Source: Candidatus Eiseniibacteriota bacterium
GTDB taxonomy: Bacteria; Eisenbacteria; RBG-16-71-46
DNA: 64,000 bases
Direction: 5' to 3'
Assembly: GCA_963707915.1 (NCBI GenBank)
Contig: OY970178.1
Span: 1,152,001-1,216,000, forward strand
Part shown: positions 21,447-30,326 of the stretch, in pieces
Layout: every line of letters starts with the position of its first letter
Position numbering within the stretch: the first letter of the stretch is position 1
Position numbers and translations under genes: made by a program
Notes under the pieces: generated by a model
Databases searched by the model: none
What the model was told of the DNA's origin: nothing
The model's input: only the letters and a program-made list of their open reading frames with translations

Positions 21447-22385
21447 CTACCGCAGCGACTTGCCGCCGGTGCGGCGCGACCACTCCACGGTCTGGATCAG
21501 CCCGTCGCGGAAGCTCGTCCGCGGGGTCCAGCCCAGCACCTGCTTCGCCCGCGTCGCGTCGAGGTAGATGCGCTGCACCTCACCCGGCCGCGCCGCCTCG
21601 TAGACCGGCTCGCCGGTGAAGCCCAGGATCGTCTTCAGCTCGCGGAAGATGTCGTTCACCGACGTGCCGATCCCGGTGCCGAGGTTCACCATCTCGCCGC
21701 TGCCCAGCGCGAGCGCCCGCTCGTTCCCCTCCACCACGTCCATGACGTAGAGGTAGTCGCGCACCTGCTCGCCCGTGCCGAAGATGTGCGGCGACCTCCC
21801 CTGCAGCATGGCCAGGATGAAGATGGCGTTCACGCCCGCCTCGCCGTGCGGATTCTGGCGCGGCCCGTAGACGTTGGGATAGCGCAGCACCGCGTAGTCG
21901 AGCCCGTGCAGGAGCTTCCAGAGGTAGAGGTAGTGCTCGAGCGTGTGCTTGCTCACGCCGTAGGGCGACTCCGGGTTGACCGGGTGGTCCTCGGTCGCGG
22001 GCAGCTGCCGTCCCTCCCCGTAGAGCGCCCCCCCGGTCGACGCGTAGACGAACTTGCGCACGCCGTGGCGGGTGCAGGCCTGCAACAGGCCCAGCGCGCC
22101 GAGGATGTTGGTGCCGGCGTCGAACACCGGGTCGTCCACCGAGCGGCGCACGTCGATCTGCGCGGCATGGTGGTCCACGACCTCGGGGCGGAACCCGGCG
22201 AAGCAGCGCTCGACCGCGGCGGCGTCCGTGAGGTCTGCTTCGTAGAGCCGGGCGGCGGGATTCACCAGCTCGCGGAACCCGCTGGAGAGGTTGTCGAGCA
22301 CGGCCACCTCGTGCCCGCGCTCGACGAAGCGGTCGACGACGTGCGAGCCGATGAAGCCCGCGCCACCGGTCACCAGGATGCGCAA
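21447..22385 (-). CDS. NAD-dependent epimerase/dehydratase (UDP-glucose 4-epimerase-like)
   Basis: Motifs TGGAGFIG, STGGALYG, YGVSK (YxxxK), NVYGPRQ and RDYLYV. Confidence 0.92.
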   Translation of the reverse strand: MRILVTGGAGFIGSHVVDRFVERGHEVAVLDNLSSGFRELVNPAARLYEADLTDAAAVERCFAGFRPEVVDHHAAQIDVRRSVDDPVFDAGTNILGALGLLQACTRHGVRKFVYASTGGALYGEGRQLPATEDHPVNPESPYGVSKHTLEHYLYLWKLLHGLDYAVLRYPNVYGPRQNPHGEAGVNAIFILAMLQGRSPHIFGTGEQVRDYLYVMDVVEGNERALALGSGEMVNLGTGIGTSVNDIFRELKTILGFTGEPVYEAARPGEVQRIYLDATRAKQVLGWTPRTSFRDGLIQTVEWSRRTGGKSLR

Positions 22386-22414
22386 GGGGTCCTCCGCCGA
22401 TCGGGTCGCGCGGC

Positions 22415-24637
22415 TCAACTGCCCGCGCTGGTCTCGAGCACCGCGGCCCGGCGTTCGGCCCGCACGCGCCGCATCCAGACCATGAAGCGCAGGCGCTCCC
22501 GCACCTCGAGGTCGCAATCCAGCACCACCGTCTCCCCACGCGATTGGGCGGGCCCTTCGATGGCCACGGGCGATCCGGGCGTGGCCTCCACGGGCTCCTG
22601 CGATCCCTCGACGGGCCCGGGCACCGCGACCACGGAGGCCGCTTCGGTCTCGAGGGCCGGTCCAGCCACGGAGGCCACTTCGATCACGGGGGCCGCTTCG
22701 GCCACGGGGGCCGCTTCGGCCACGGGGGCCGCTTCGATCACGGGGGCCGCTTCAGCCACGGAGGCCACTTCGATCACGGGGGCCGCTTCGATCGCGGGGG
22801 CCGCTTCAGCCACGGGGGCCCCTTCGATCGCGGGGGCCGTCTCTACCTCCGGGCCCACTTCGACCTCGCGGGTCGCCTCCATCGCCGGGGCCGCTTCAGC
22901 CACGGGGGCCACATCGATCACGGGAGCCTCGATGGCGTCAGGCTGCGCGACGACCGCCCGATTCGCGGTGGGCGATGGACCGGGATGCTGCGCCGCGCCG
23001 CCGGACCGGGCTTCGACTCTTGCCTCCATCAACCAGTCCAGGTCGAAGCAGGAGAACGGGATGCCAAGTCGTTCGGAGAGTGCGACCGCCTTCCTCGGAA
23101 GTCGCGGTCCGGGCTCGGCCCACCACGCTTCGAGGACCCGTCCTCCCAGCGGCAGCGCAGCCGCGCGCGTGACCTTCGGCTCGAGGGCCAGGAGCACCCG
23201 GTCGAAGTGCCCGCGCGCATCCTCGAGCAGCGCGCTCAGCTTGTCCCAGCACGCCGCCCGCCCGGGATCGCCGTGGGCCAGGAAGAAGAAGCCGGTGACC
23301 CCCGCCGCCTGCACCGTCCCCAGCAGCGGGATCTCGCCCGCCATGCACTCGCCGAGGCCCCAGCGCAGGTTCCCGCCGAAGCGTTCGTGCAGCCTCAGAC
23401 GCATCCCCGCGTCCACCAGCAGGACGCGCTCGCCCCGCTCGGTGAACCCGCCGGCCAGCGCGGCCGCGGCGTCCCCGATGCGCGCGCGGTCCGGTCCGCT
23501 CACGAGGTGAAGCCAACCCAGCTCCGCGTCCCAGGCCCGGAGCGCATCGCGGGACAACCGCTCGGCGCGCGGGTCCGGCGCGGCCCGGAAACCACGGGGC
23601 GCCCGCGCGGCGCGCCGCCGGGAGCGCCGCAACAGCCACGGCGCGGAAAGGACCAGGGCGAGCGCGGCCCCGGCGAGCGCGCCCGCCGCGGTGAGCGCGC
23701 CCCAGGTCCGCGCGACGGGGATCGCCCGCGACGCGGGCCCCCAGGTGCCGTGCATGAAGACCGCCGCGGCGGGGTCCGGGGCCAGGCGCTCGAGCGACAG
23801 CGCCCGCCCGAAGGCCTCGCTCACCACCGCATCGTACTGGGACCTGGACAGGCCCGCCTCGAGCGCGCGTTCCGCCTGGTCGAGCAACGGCGCACGCGTC
23901 CGTTCGTGCCACCTCCACGCCGCCTCGATCCGCGCGCGCGGGTCAGGCGCCGGCTCCGCGGCCAGGGACCTCAGCCACTCCCCCTCGGCAGCCGCGCAGG
24001 CGGTGAGCGCGGAAGCCAGCGAATCCGGCCGGGCGGCCAGGGCCAGGCGCACGACTTCGTCCTCGGCCCGCGTCAGCCGCGCCCGCTGCGCCACGCTGGC
24101 CGGCGTCTCGAACGGGGCCTGCGGGGCCACACGCAGGTCCACCAGGGCGACCAGCAGCAACCGCGCCCGGACGAGCACCGCGCACTGGCCGGCGGGCGGC
24201 AGCGCCGTCGTCACCGTCGGTGCGGGTTCGGCACGCCAGCGCTGGCGGGCCTCGGCACGGCGCGCGGCGGATGCGTCCACCCCGCTCAGGCGGCGACGCT
24301 GCAGGTCGCGGGCGAGGGCCTCCGTCCCCGTGGCCGTGAACGAACGCACGGCCAGCAGCGTGCGGTCCCGGTCCGCGACGGGAGCGGCCTGCTCGCCTGC
24401 TTGCCTGGGCCGCGGCCACTCCCCGGGGGCGGGCGGACCTCCCTGCCAGGCCACGCGGGACTCGAACAGGGGGACGCCGACGACGGCGAAACGCTCGGAC
24501 GAGATCCCCAGGAGGCCGGCGACCGGCAGAGCGGCACCCAGCAGGGCGCCCGCCAGGATCGCGACGCCCAGGCGTCCCCGCGCACCGGGTCGGCGGGTGG
24601 CGTCCGGAGGATGGGTGGCGTCTTCCCTGGCGCTCAT
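22415..24637 (-). CDS. Two-TM protein with a degenerate Wzc/CpsD-like ATPase domain and an acidic hexapeptide repeat tail
   Basis: TM-periplasmic-TM layout; [15 protein letters not shown] and FDRVLL align to the BY-kinase/MinD fold, but the Walker A GK[ST] is absent. Confidence 0.6.
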   Translation of the reverse strand: MSAREDATHPPDATRRPGARGRLGVAILAGALLGAALPVAGLLGISSERFAVVGVPLFESRVAWQGGPPAPGEWPRPRQAGEQAAPVADRDRTLLAVRSFTATGTEALARDLQRRRLSGVDASAARRAEARQRWRAEPAPTVTTALPPAGQCAVLVRARLLLVALVDLRVAPQAPFETPASVAQRARLTRAEDEVVRLALAARPDSLASALTACAAAEGEWLRSLAAEPAPDPRARIEAAWRWHERTRAPLLDQAERALEAGLSRSQYDAVVSEAFGRALSLERLAPDPAAAVFMHGTWGPASRAIPVARTWGALTAAGALAGAALALVLSAPWLLRRSRRRAARAPRGFRAAPDPRAERLSRDALRAWDAELGWLHLVSGPDRARIGDAAAALAGGFTERGERVLLVDAGMRLRLHERFGGNLRWGLGECMAGEIPLLGTVQAAGVTGFFFLAHGDPGRAACWDKLSALLEDARGHFDRVLLALEPKVTRAAALPLGGRVLEAWWAEPGPRLPRKAVALSERLGIPFSCFDLDWLMEARVEARSGGAAQHPGPSPTANRAVVAQPDAIEAPVIDVAPVAEAAPAMEATREVEVGPEVETAPAIEGAPVAEAAPAIEAAPVIEVASVAEAAPVIEAAPVAEAAPVAEAAPVIEVASVAGPALETEAASVVAVPGPVEGSQEPVEATPGSPVAIEGPAQSRGETVVLDCDLEVRERLRFMVWMRRVRAERRAAVLETSAGS
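22638..22925 (-). repeat. 16 x 18-bp coding tandem repeat, consensus peptide P-V-[AI]-E-A-A
   Basis: Plus-strand units such as GCCGCTTCGGCCACGGGG and GCCACTTCGATCACGGGG in exact 18-nt register. Confidence 0.92.
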
Positions 24638-24695
24638 CGGGTGGGTTTCGGGCTCCTTCCCTGGACAGGGCAGCCCTCATGGACCGCCGGAACGG

Positions 24696-24724
24696 AAGTT
24701 AGACGCCGGGCCGGGGCCGGTCAA
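24696..24724 (-). promoter_or_regulatory. Putative sigma70 promoter for the Wzc-like gene
   Basis: TTGACC-N17-TAACTT on the minus strand. Confidence 0.55.
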
Positions 24725-24732
24725 GGCCCCGC

Positions 24733-26526
24733 TCAGGCGGCGGCCGCCCTGCCTTCCGAACCCGTGTCGCCCGCTTCTTCCTGGCGCACGTCGGACCGCG
24801 GCAGGAGGAAGTAGAAGGTGCTGCCCTCGCCCGGCACGCTGTCGACGCCGATGGTGCCGCCGTGCTGCTCGACGATCCCCTTGCAGATCACCAGGCCCAG
24901 GCCCGTGCCTCCCACCCGGCGCGTGGAGCCGCTGTCGATCTGGGAGAACTTGCGGAAGAGCTTGTGGATGTCCCCGGGGCTGATGCCCTCGCCGCAGTCA
25001 CGCACGCTGACCCGCATCATCGGGCCCTCCGTCGCGACCCGGACCTCGATGCGTCCTTCGGGCGCCGAGAACTTGATGGCGTTCGACAACAGGTTGGTGA
25101 GCACCTGGGCGATGCGGTTCGAGTCCATCCGGAGGTCGGGCAGGCCGGGCTCGAAGCTGCAATCGAGGACGATGTGGCGCTCCGCGATCAGGGTGCGCAG
25201 GTTCTGCACCGCCTGCCGGACCACCGGCTCCAGGCCCTCGACCGCCATGCACATCGGCAGCGAGGCGGACTCGAGCTTCGAGAAGTCGAGGATGTCGTTG
25301 ATGAGCACCAGCAGCCGCTCGGCGTTGGCGTGGGCGATGTTCAGCAGCTTGGCCTGCTGCTCGTTGTTCTGGAAGTAGCGGTCGTCGGTGAGCAACTCCA
25401 CCGCGCCCTTGACCGACGTGAGCGGGGTGCGGATCTCGTGCGAGACCACCGCCACGAACTCGGACTTGAGGCGGTCGAGGACGCGGGTGTGCTCGTAGAG
25501 CCGCGAGTTGTGAACGGCGATGGCGGCTTCCGACGCGTAGAGCTCGAGGAACTTCTCGTCCGCCGCGCTGAACCCGCCCGGCTTGTCGAGCATGACCAGC
25601 AGTCCGAAGACCTGCTGGCCCGCCGACAGCGAGAGCGGCATCGCCAGCAGGGACTCGAACCGCTGCCCGCCGAGCAGCGGCAGCTCGATCGGGTGCTCCG
25701 CCGAGGCCACGCGGCGCACCGCCCGGTAGTCGGGGTGGTCGAAGCCGATGGCCCGCTCGGCCGTGAAGAAGTGGACCCGGTCGGCCTCGCCGCCCGGGAG
25801 CCCCAGCCCGTGGGCCGCGGCCACGCGGCCCTCCTCGGTCTCCTCGAGGCGCAGGTAGACCACGACGGCGCGGGCGCCCGACAGCTCGGCGGCCTTCGAG
25901 GCCACCGTGGCGACCCGCGGGTCGAGCTCGAGATCCGCGCTGATCTCCTTGCCCACCTCGTACAGGGTCCTCATCTGGTGGGTCGCCAGCCGGACCTGCT
26001 CGCGCAACTCCTGCTCGTGGTTGCTCAGGATCTCGTTCTTCTGGCTCAGCTCCTCGACCAGCTGGCGGTTGACGGCGCGCAGCCGGCGGTTGGCCAGCGC
26101 CCGCTCGACGCTGCTCTGCACGTCGTCCAGCTCGAACGGCTTGATGATGTAGTCGTAGGCCCCCTGCCGGATCGCGTCGATGGCCACGGCGGTGGTGGTC
26201 TCGCCGGTGATCAGGATGACCATGGTCTCGTCGTCCGCCTGCCGCGCGAAGCGCATCACGTCGAGGCCCGTGAGACCCGACATGTTGAGGTCGGAGAGCA
26301 CGGCGTCGGGCCGGTAGACGGGGATGCGCGCCACGGCGGCCTCGCCGTTCGCGGCCACCTCGACCTCGTAGCCGAGGGTGGTGAGGAACTCCTGCAGCAG
26401 CTCGGTGACCGTGGCCTCGTCGTCGACCACGAGCAGGCGGGCGGGCGGGCCGCCGCCCACCGCGGTCACGGGGCCGGGAAGCGGGCGGCCTTCGCCGGCC
26501 GGGGGCGTTCCGGGCTCACTGGACAC
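24733..26526 (-). CDS. Hybrid histidine kinase REC-coiled coil-GAF-HisKA-HATPase
   Basis: LLVVDDE, LSDLNM and KPF (receiver); SHEIRTPL; NLLSNAIKFS, DCGEGI and GTGLGL. Confidence 0.93.
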   Translation of the reverse strand: MSSEPGTPPAGEGRPLPGPVTAVGGGPPARLLVVDDEATVTELLQEFLTTLGYEVEVAANGEAAVARIPVYRPDAVLSDLNMSGLTGLDVMRFARQADDETMVILITGETTTAVAIDAIRQGAYDYIIKPFELDDVQSSVERALANRRLRAVNRQLVEELSQKNEILSNHEQELREQVRLATHQMRTLYEVGKEISADLELDPRVATVASKAAELSGARAVVVYLRLEETEEGRVAAAHGLGLPGGEADRVHFFTAERAIGFDHPDYRAVRRVASAEHPIELPLLGGQRFESLLAMPLSLSAGQQVFGLLVMLDKPGGFSAADEKFLELYASEAAIAVHNSRLYEHTRVLDRLKSEFVAVVSHEIRTPLTSVKGAVELLTDDRYFQNNEQQAKLLNIAHANAERLLVLINDILDFSKLESASLPMCMAVEGLEPVVRQAVQNLRTLIAERHIVLDCSFEPGLPDLRMDSNRIAQVLTNLLSNAIKFSAPEGRIEVRVATEGPMMRVSVRDCGEGISPGDIHKLFRKFSQIDSGSTRRVGGTGLGLVICKGIVEQHGGTIGVDSVPGEGSTFYFLLPRSDVRQEEAGDTGSEGRAAAA

Positions 26527-27322
26527 CGGCGGCCTCCGCTGCGACCACCCGGCGGCGGCCGGCCTTGACGGCCAGCGCCAGGGCCCGTTCGGCGCGGTCC
26601 ATGAGCTCGACGCTCTGGAGGCCGTCGCGCGGGCTCGCCGCGACCCCGGCGCTCACGCCCAGGCGGCCGGCGCGCGCGAAGCGGTGCTCCTCGGTGGTGC
26701 GGCGCAGACGCTCGGCGACGCGCAGCGCGGCGATCGGCTCGGTCTCCGGCAGCAGCACGGCGAAACGGCCGCCGGGCAGACGCGCCAGCGCGTCCGTCTC
26801 CCGCAGGGCGAGCCGCAGGACGAGCGCGGCCTCTCCCAGCACGGCGCGGGCCACCGAGGCGCCGTAGCGCTTCGCCAGCGCCGGGAAGCGGTCCAGTTCC
26901 ACGATGGTCACCGCCAGCGGCGCACCGTGCACGCGCACGCGGGCCAGTTCGTCGTCGAGCCGCTGCTGGAAGGCGTGCGCGTCGGGCAGTCCGGTCGCGG
27001 GGTCACGGCCGGGCTGACGACGCAGCCGTTCCAGTTCGAAGCGCGCGCCGAGGGCGGCGCCGAGCGCGCCGGACGCGGCGCGCACGAGGCCGAGCTGGGC
27101 GGGCTGCCAGTGCTGGCCGCGGCGCGCGAGCAGCTCGATCGTCCCCACGCGCTCGCTGCCGCGCAGCAACGGGACCGCCAGGCAGTCACGCAGGTCGCCG
27201 GGCCGGACCGACCATTCCCCGCAGGTCTGCCAGGGCTCGAGATCGCCGGACGGGCCGCGCGCCCGCAGGATCACGGCGTCGCAGTCGAAGGCCGTGCGCA
27301 GGCCGGCCAGCGCACGTTCCAA
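26516..27322 (-). CDS. GAF-like plus degenerate GGDEF protein (PGGRF) with intact RxxD I-site; start uncertain
   Basis: DPATGLPD, ELDRF, RETD-ALARL-PGGRF, SAGVA and AERALALA.K.GR. Confidence 0.85.
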   Translation of the reverse strand: MERALAGLRTAFDCDAVILRARGPSGDLEPWQTCGEWSVRPGDLRDCLAVPLLRGSERVGTIELLARRGQHWQPAQLGLVRAASGALGAALGARFELERLRRQPGRDPATGLPDAHAFQQRLDDELARVRVHGAPLAVTIVELDRFPALAKRYGASVARAVLGEAALVLRLALRETDALARLPGGRFAVLLPETEPIAALRVAERLRRTTEEHRFARAGRLGVSAGVAASPRDGLQSVELMDRAERALALAVKAGRRRVVAAEAAGVQ

Positions 27323-27505
27323 GGTCTTGCGCTCGACCGCGGCCGAGAGCAGCGCCTCGCACGCCTGCCACAGCGAACGCGAAGCGCGGCGGCGCTCCCC
27401 CCCGCACCCTGCGGGTCGGAGGCGCGCACCGTCGCCGGCCCCGGGGCCGGCGGCGCGGCCGGGCCGGGCCGGCGCGTGCGGGCGGGGCCGGTGCGCACGT
27501 CCGGC

Positions 27506-27901
27506 TCAGGCCGCACGGGACGTCGGCTCCGATCCGCGCTCGCGGGCCAGCACCGCGAGGGCGGACTTGAGGGTGTTGAGCCGGTGCGCGGCGTCCCGGA
27601 TGCGATCGGACTCACGGAGCACGACCTCCAGTCGGTCCCGGGCCCCCGGGACCGCGCCGGCGGGTCCCATGAGCAGGAGCTGGGCGTTGCCGCGCACCCC
27701 CACGAGGGCATTGTTGATGTCGTGGTAGACGCCGAGCTGGCGGACCAGCTCGTCCGTCCACCGCAGGTGGTCCTGCCACCAGTTCTCCAGCGCGGCGCAC
27801 AACTCGTCCGAGAGCTCGCCCTGGCCCGCGGCCTCGAGGCGGCCGGCCACGTCCAGCAGGGCCGAGCGCAGCGCGGCGTGCGGGGCGCCGGGCATCGTCA
27901 T
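27506..27901 (-). CDS. Small stand-alone HisKA/DHp-domain protein
   Basis: H-box HDINNALVGVRGNAQLL followed by a second helix; no HATPase domain; 131 aa. Confidence 0.75.
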   Translation of the reverse strand: MTMPGAPHAALRSALLDVAGRLEAAGQGELSDELCAALENWWQDHLRWTDELVRQLGVYHDINNALVGVRGNAQLLLMGPAGAVPGARDRLEVVLRESDRIRDAAHRLNTLKSALAVLARERGSEPTSRAA

Positions 27902-27918
27902 GTCCGCCGGGGCCGGGC

Positions 27919-28806
27919 TCAAGCCGCCAGCTCCTCGCTCGCCAGCGCCTTGTGCAGCCGCAGCCGCAGCCGGGCCATGGCGCGCGTGTGGACCTGCGAG
28001 ACCCGCGACTCGGAGATCCCGAGCGTGCGGCCGATCTCCTTGAGCGTGAGGTGCTCGTAGTAGTAGAGCGCCACCACGAGCCGCTCCTGCTCGGGCAGCA
28101 GGTCGAGCGTGCGCAGCAGGACCAGGCGCGTCTGCTCGTCTTCGAGCCGCGCGTCCAGGTCCACGGCGTGCGGGTCCGGCAGGTGCTCGCCCAGCGTCGT
28201 GGACTCCTGGTCCTCGCTCGAACGGGCCTCGTCCAGCGACACGAGCACCGCCCCGCGGACGTGGTCGAAGAGCCGGTAGAACTCGTTGCGGTTCATCTTG
28301 AGCTCGCGGGCCAACTCGTCCTCGGAGGCCGCGCGACCGAGCTTCTGGTCGAGCGCGCGGGTCACGCCGTCCAGCGTGCGCGCCTTGCGGCGCATCGAGC
28401 GCGACACCCAGTCGAGCGAGCGCAACTGGTCCAGCACGGCGCCCTTGATGCGCCACACGGCGTAGGTCTCGAACTTCACGCCCTTGCGCAGGTCGAACTT
28501 GGCGTGCGCGTCCAGCAGTCCCAGGACGCCCGCCGAGTAGAGGTCCTCGTGGTCCACGTTGCGCGGCAGGGTGGTGGCCACGCGTTCGACCACGTGCCTC
28601 ACCAGCGGCGCGAAGCGGCTCAGCAGCTCCTCCTTCGAGTAGGTCACGGGCGCCGGCGCCGGCACCAGGCGCAGGACGCGGGGCGCCGCGCTGCCCGCGC
28701 GGGGTGCGGACGCGGCCCGGCCCGGGGCCGGGCCCCGGGTGCGCGCGGGTACGGCAGGCTTCGCAACGCGGGTGCGCGTGCGGGTCGCGGCGGAGGGGCG
28801 TGCCAT
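27919..28806 (-). CDS. fliA: FliA/WhiG family RNA polymerase sigma factor (sigma28)
   Basis: Motifs DLYSAGVLGLLDA, FETYA..RIKGAVLDQLRSLDWVSRS and LYYYEHLTLKEIG..LGISESRVSQ; GAGGAG RBS. Confidence 0.95.
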   Translation of the reverse strand: MARPSAATRTRTRVAKPAVPARTRGPAPGRAASAPRAGSAAPRVLRLVPAPAPVTYSKEELLSRFAPLVRHVVERVATTLPRNVDHEDLYSAGVLGLLDAHAKFDLRKGVKFETYAVWRIKGAVLDQLRSLDWVSRSMRRKARTLDGVTRALDQKLGRAASEDELARELKMNRNEFYRLFDHVRGAVLVSLDEARSSEDQESTTLGEHLPDPHAVDLDARLEDEQTRLVLLRTLDLLPEQERLVVALYYYEHLTLKEIGRTLGISESRVSQVHTRAMARLRLRLHKALASEELAA

Positions 28807-28816
28807 GGGGTTCTCC

Positions 28817-29764
28817 TCAGGCTCCGAGCCGCTGGCGATCGCGACGTGCGTCCGCCGGCAGGCGCTCGGGGTGGGTCTCTTCGATCGGCGGCTCGGGCGG
28901 CGGCGGCGTCCACAGACGCAGGGCCAGGGCGCGGTAGGCCGCGGCGGCCGGCGACTGCGGGAAGGCGGTCACGACCGGCTCCTGGCGCCGCACGGCGCGC
29001 GGGATGGCCGGGTCCTCGGGGATCGCGCCGAGGGACTGGAGTTCGAGGTGCAGGAAGCGCCGGGCCACGAGCCGGATGCGGTGCGCGGTCTCCTCGGCCT
29101 CCTCGGCGCTGCTCGCCTGGCTCACCAGCAGGTACGGCGCCTTGCGGATGCCCTGGGCGCTCAGGACCTTGATCAGGCCGTAGGCGTCGGCGAAGGCCGG
29201 CATCTCGGGCGTCGTCATCACGATCACGTCGTCCGCGGCCAGGCACAGCGCGAGCGCGTCGCGCGTCACGCCCGAGGCCGTGTCCGCGATGACCAGGTCC
29301 GCCTCGCCGTCCAGCGTGCCGATGCCGCGCAGCAGGAGCTCGCGCCGGTAGTCGTCCAACTCGGCCAGCTCGGGCACGTCCGAGGCCGCGGGGATGAGGC
29401 GCACGCCGCCCGGCCCGTCCACCAGGACCTCCTCGAGCGTGCGCTCGCCGGCGAGCACGTGCTGCAGGTCGTAGCGCGGGTGGACCCCCAGCAACAGGTC
29501 GAGGTTGGCCTGCGAGAAGTCGGCGTCGAGCAGCAGCACGCGCGCACCGTTGTCGCCCATGGCCACCGCCAGGTTCGCGCACAGGTTGCTCTTGCCCACG
29601 CCGCCCTTGCCGCTCGCTACCACGAGCATGCGGGTGTGCGGGCGATCCCAGTTCGCGGGATGGTCGTGGAACGCGCCGGACGGCGCGACCCGCGGCATGA
29701 CGCGCAGCGGCCCCGCCGGGGACGGACCGCGGCGGGGGCCGCCGGAAGCGCGATCGGTGGCCAT
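28817..29764 (-). CDS. flhG: FlhG/FleN-like MinD/ParA ATPase
   Basis: Motifs SGKGGVGKS, LLDADFSQANLD, DTASG and TTPE...ADAYGLIK; lies directly upstream of fliA. Confidence 0.85.
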   Translation of the reverse strand: MATDRASGGPRRGPSPAGPLRVMPRVAPSGAFHDHPANWDRPHTRMLVVASGKGGVGKSNLCANLAVAMGDNGARVLLLDADFSQANLDLLLGVHPRYDLQHVLAGERTLEEVLVDGPGGVRLIPAASDVPELAELDDYRRELLLRGIGTLDGEADLVIADTASGVTRDALALCLAADDVIVMTTPEMPAFADAYGLIKVLSAQGIRKAPYLLVSQASSAEEAEETAHRIRLVARRFLHLELQSLGAIPEDPAIPRAVRRQEPVVTAFPQSPAAAAYRALALRLWTPPPPEPPIEETHPERLPADARRDRQRLGA

Positions 29765-30021
29765 CAGTGGCCTGCGCCCGACCGGGTGGCGCGGGACCGT
29801 GGCGCGGCCGGCAGCGCGAAGAGCGCCGAGAGGAACTCCCAGTAGCGCAGCTGCTCGCGGCAGCGGTGCAGCGGCTCCTCGAGGCCGAGCCGCTCCAGGC
29901 GGCGCTCCTCCTCGCGCAACGAGGCCAGCGCGGCGCGCGACTGGTCGGCGCGCAGCGCGGGCGTGGGCGGGATGGCGCGGCGCGGGTCGGAGCGGGACGT
30001 GAGCGCGGGCTGGCGGTTCAC
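29764..30021 (-). CDS. Small hypothetical helical protein (85 aa)
   Basis: GTG start overlaps the upstream stop and its own stop overlaps the flhG ATG; core sequence LREEERRLERLGLEEPL.RCREQLRYWEFL. Confidence 0.6.
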   Translation of the reverse strand: MNRQPALTSRSDPRRAIPPTPALRADQSRAALASLREEERRLERLGLEEPLHRCREQLRYWEFLSALFALPAAPRSRATRSGAGH

Positions 30022-30326
30022 GACGCCCTCCGCAGGCGCGCGGCCGGGGTCGCGAAGCGCGGCAGGCCCGCCCGCGCGACGCCGCCGCCGACCCGCTCGC
30101 GAAGCTGCGAGAGCAGCGCGGCGTAGGAGCGCTCGATGCGGGCGGCCGGGACGCCGAGCACGCTCGCCGCCTCGGAGGGCGTCAGGCGCTCGAAGAGCAG
30201 CAGGGCGAGGAGCACGCGTTCGCGCACGGCGCACCCGCTGAGGGCGCGTGCCACGACCTCGCGGCAGTCGTGCCGGGGGAGCGCGACCAGGCGGTGCGAG
30301 GACGGGGCCGGACGGCGCGGGCGCAT
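30018..30326 (-). CDS. Sigma70 region-4-only protein
   Basis: ERVLLALLLFERLTPSEAASVLGV aligns without gaps to FliA region 4 (ERLVVALYYYEHLTLKEIGRTLGI). Confidence 0.7.
   Translation of the reverse strand: MRPRRPAPSSHRLVALPRHDCREVVARALSGCAVRERVLLALLLFERLTPSEAASVLGVPAARIERSYAALLSQLRERVGGGVARAGLPRFATPAARLRRAS

Noticed and set aside
22638..22925. Tandem repeat as a CRISPR array or ncRNA
   Set aside because: There are no spacers; it is an in-frame 18-bp coding repeat.
25110..25130. GGTTCGAGTCC resembling a tRNA T-loop
   Set aside because: It lies within the kinase CDS on the opposite strand, with no cloverleaf around it.
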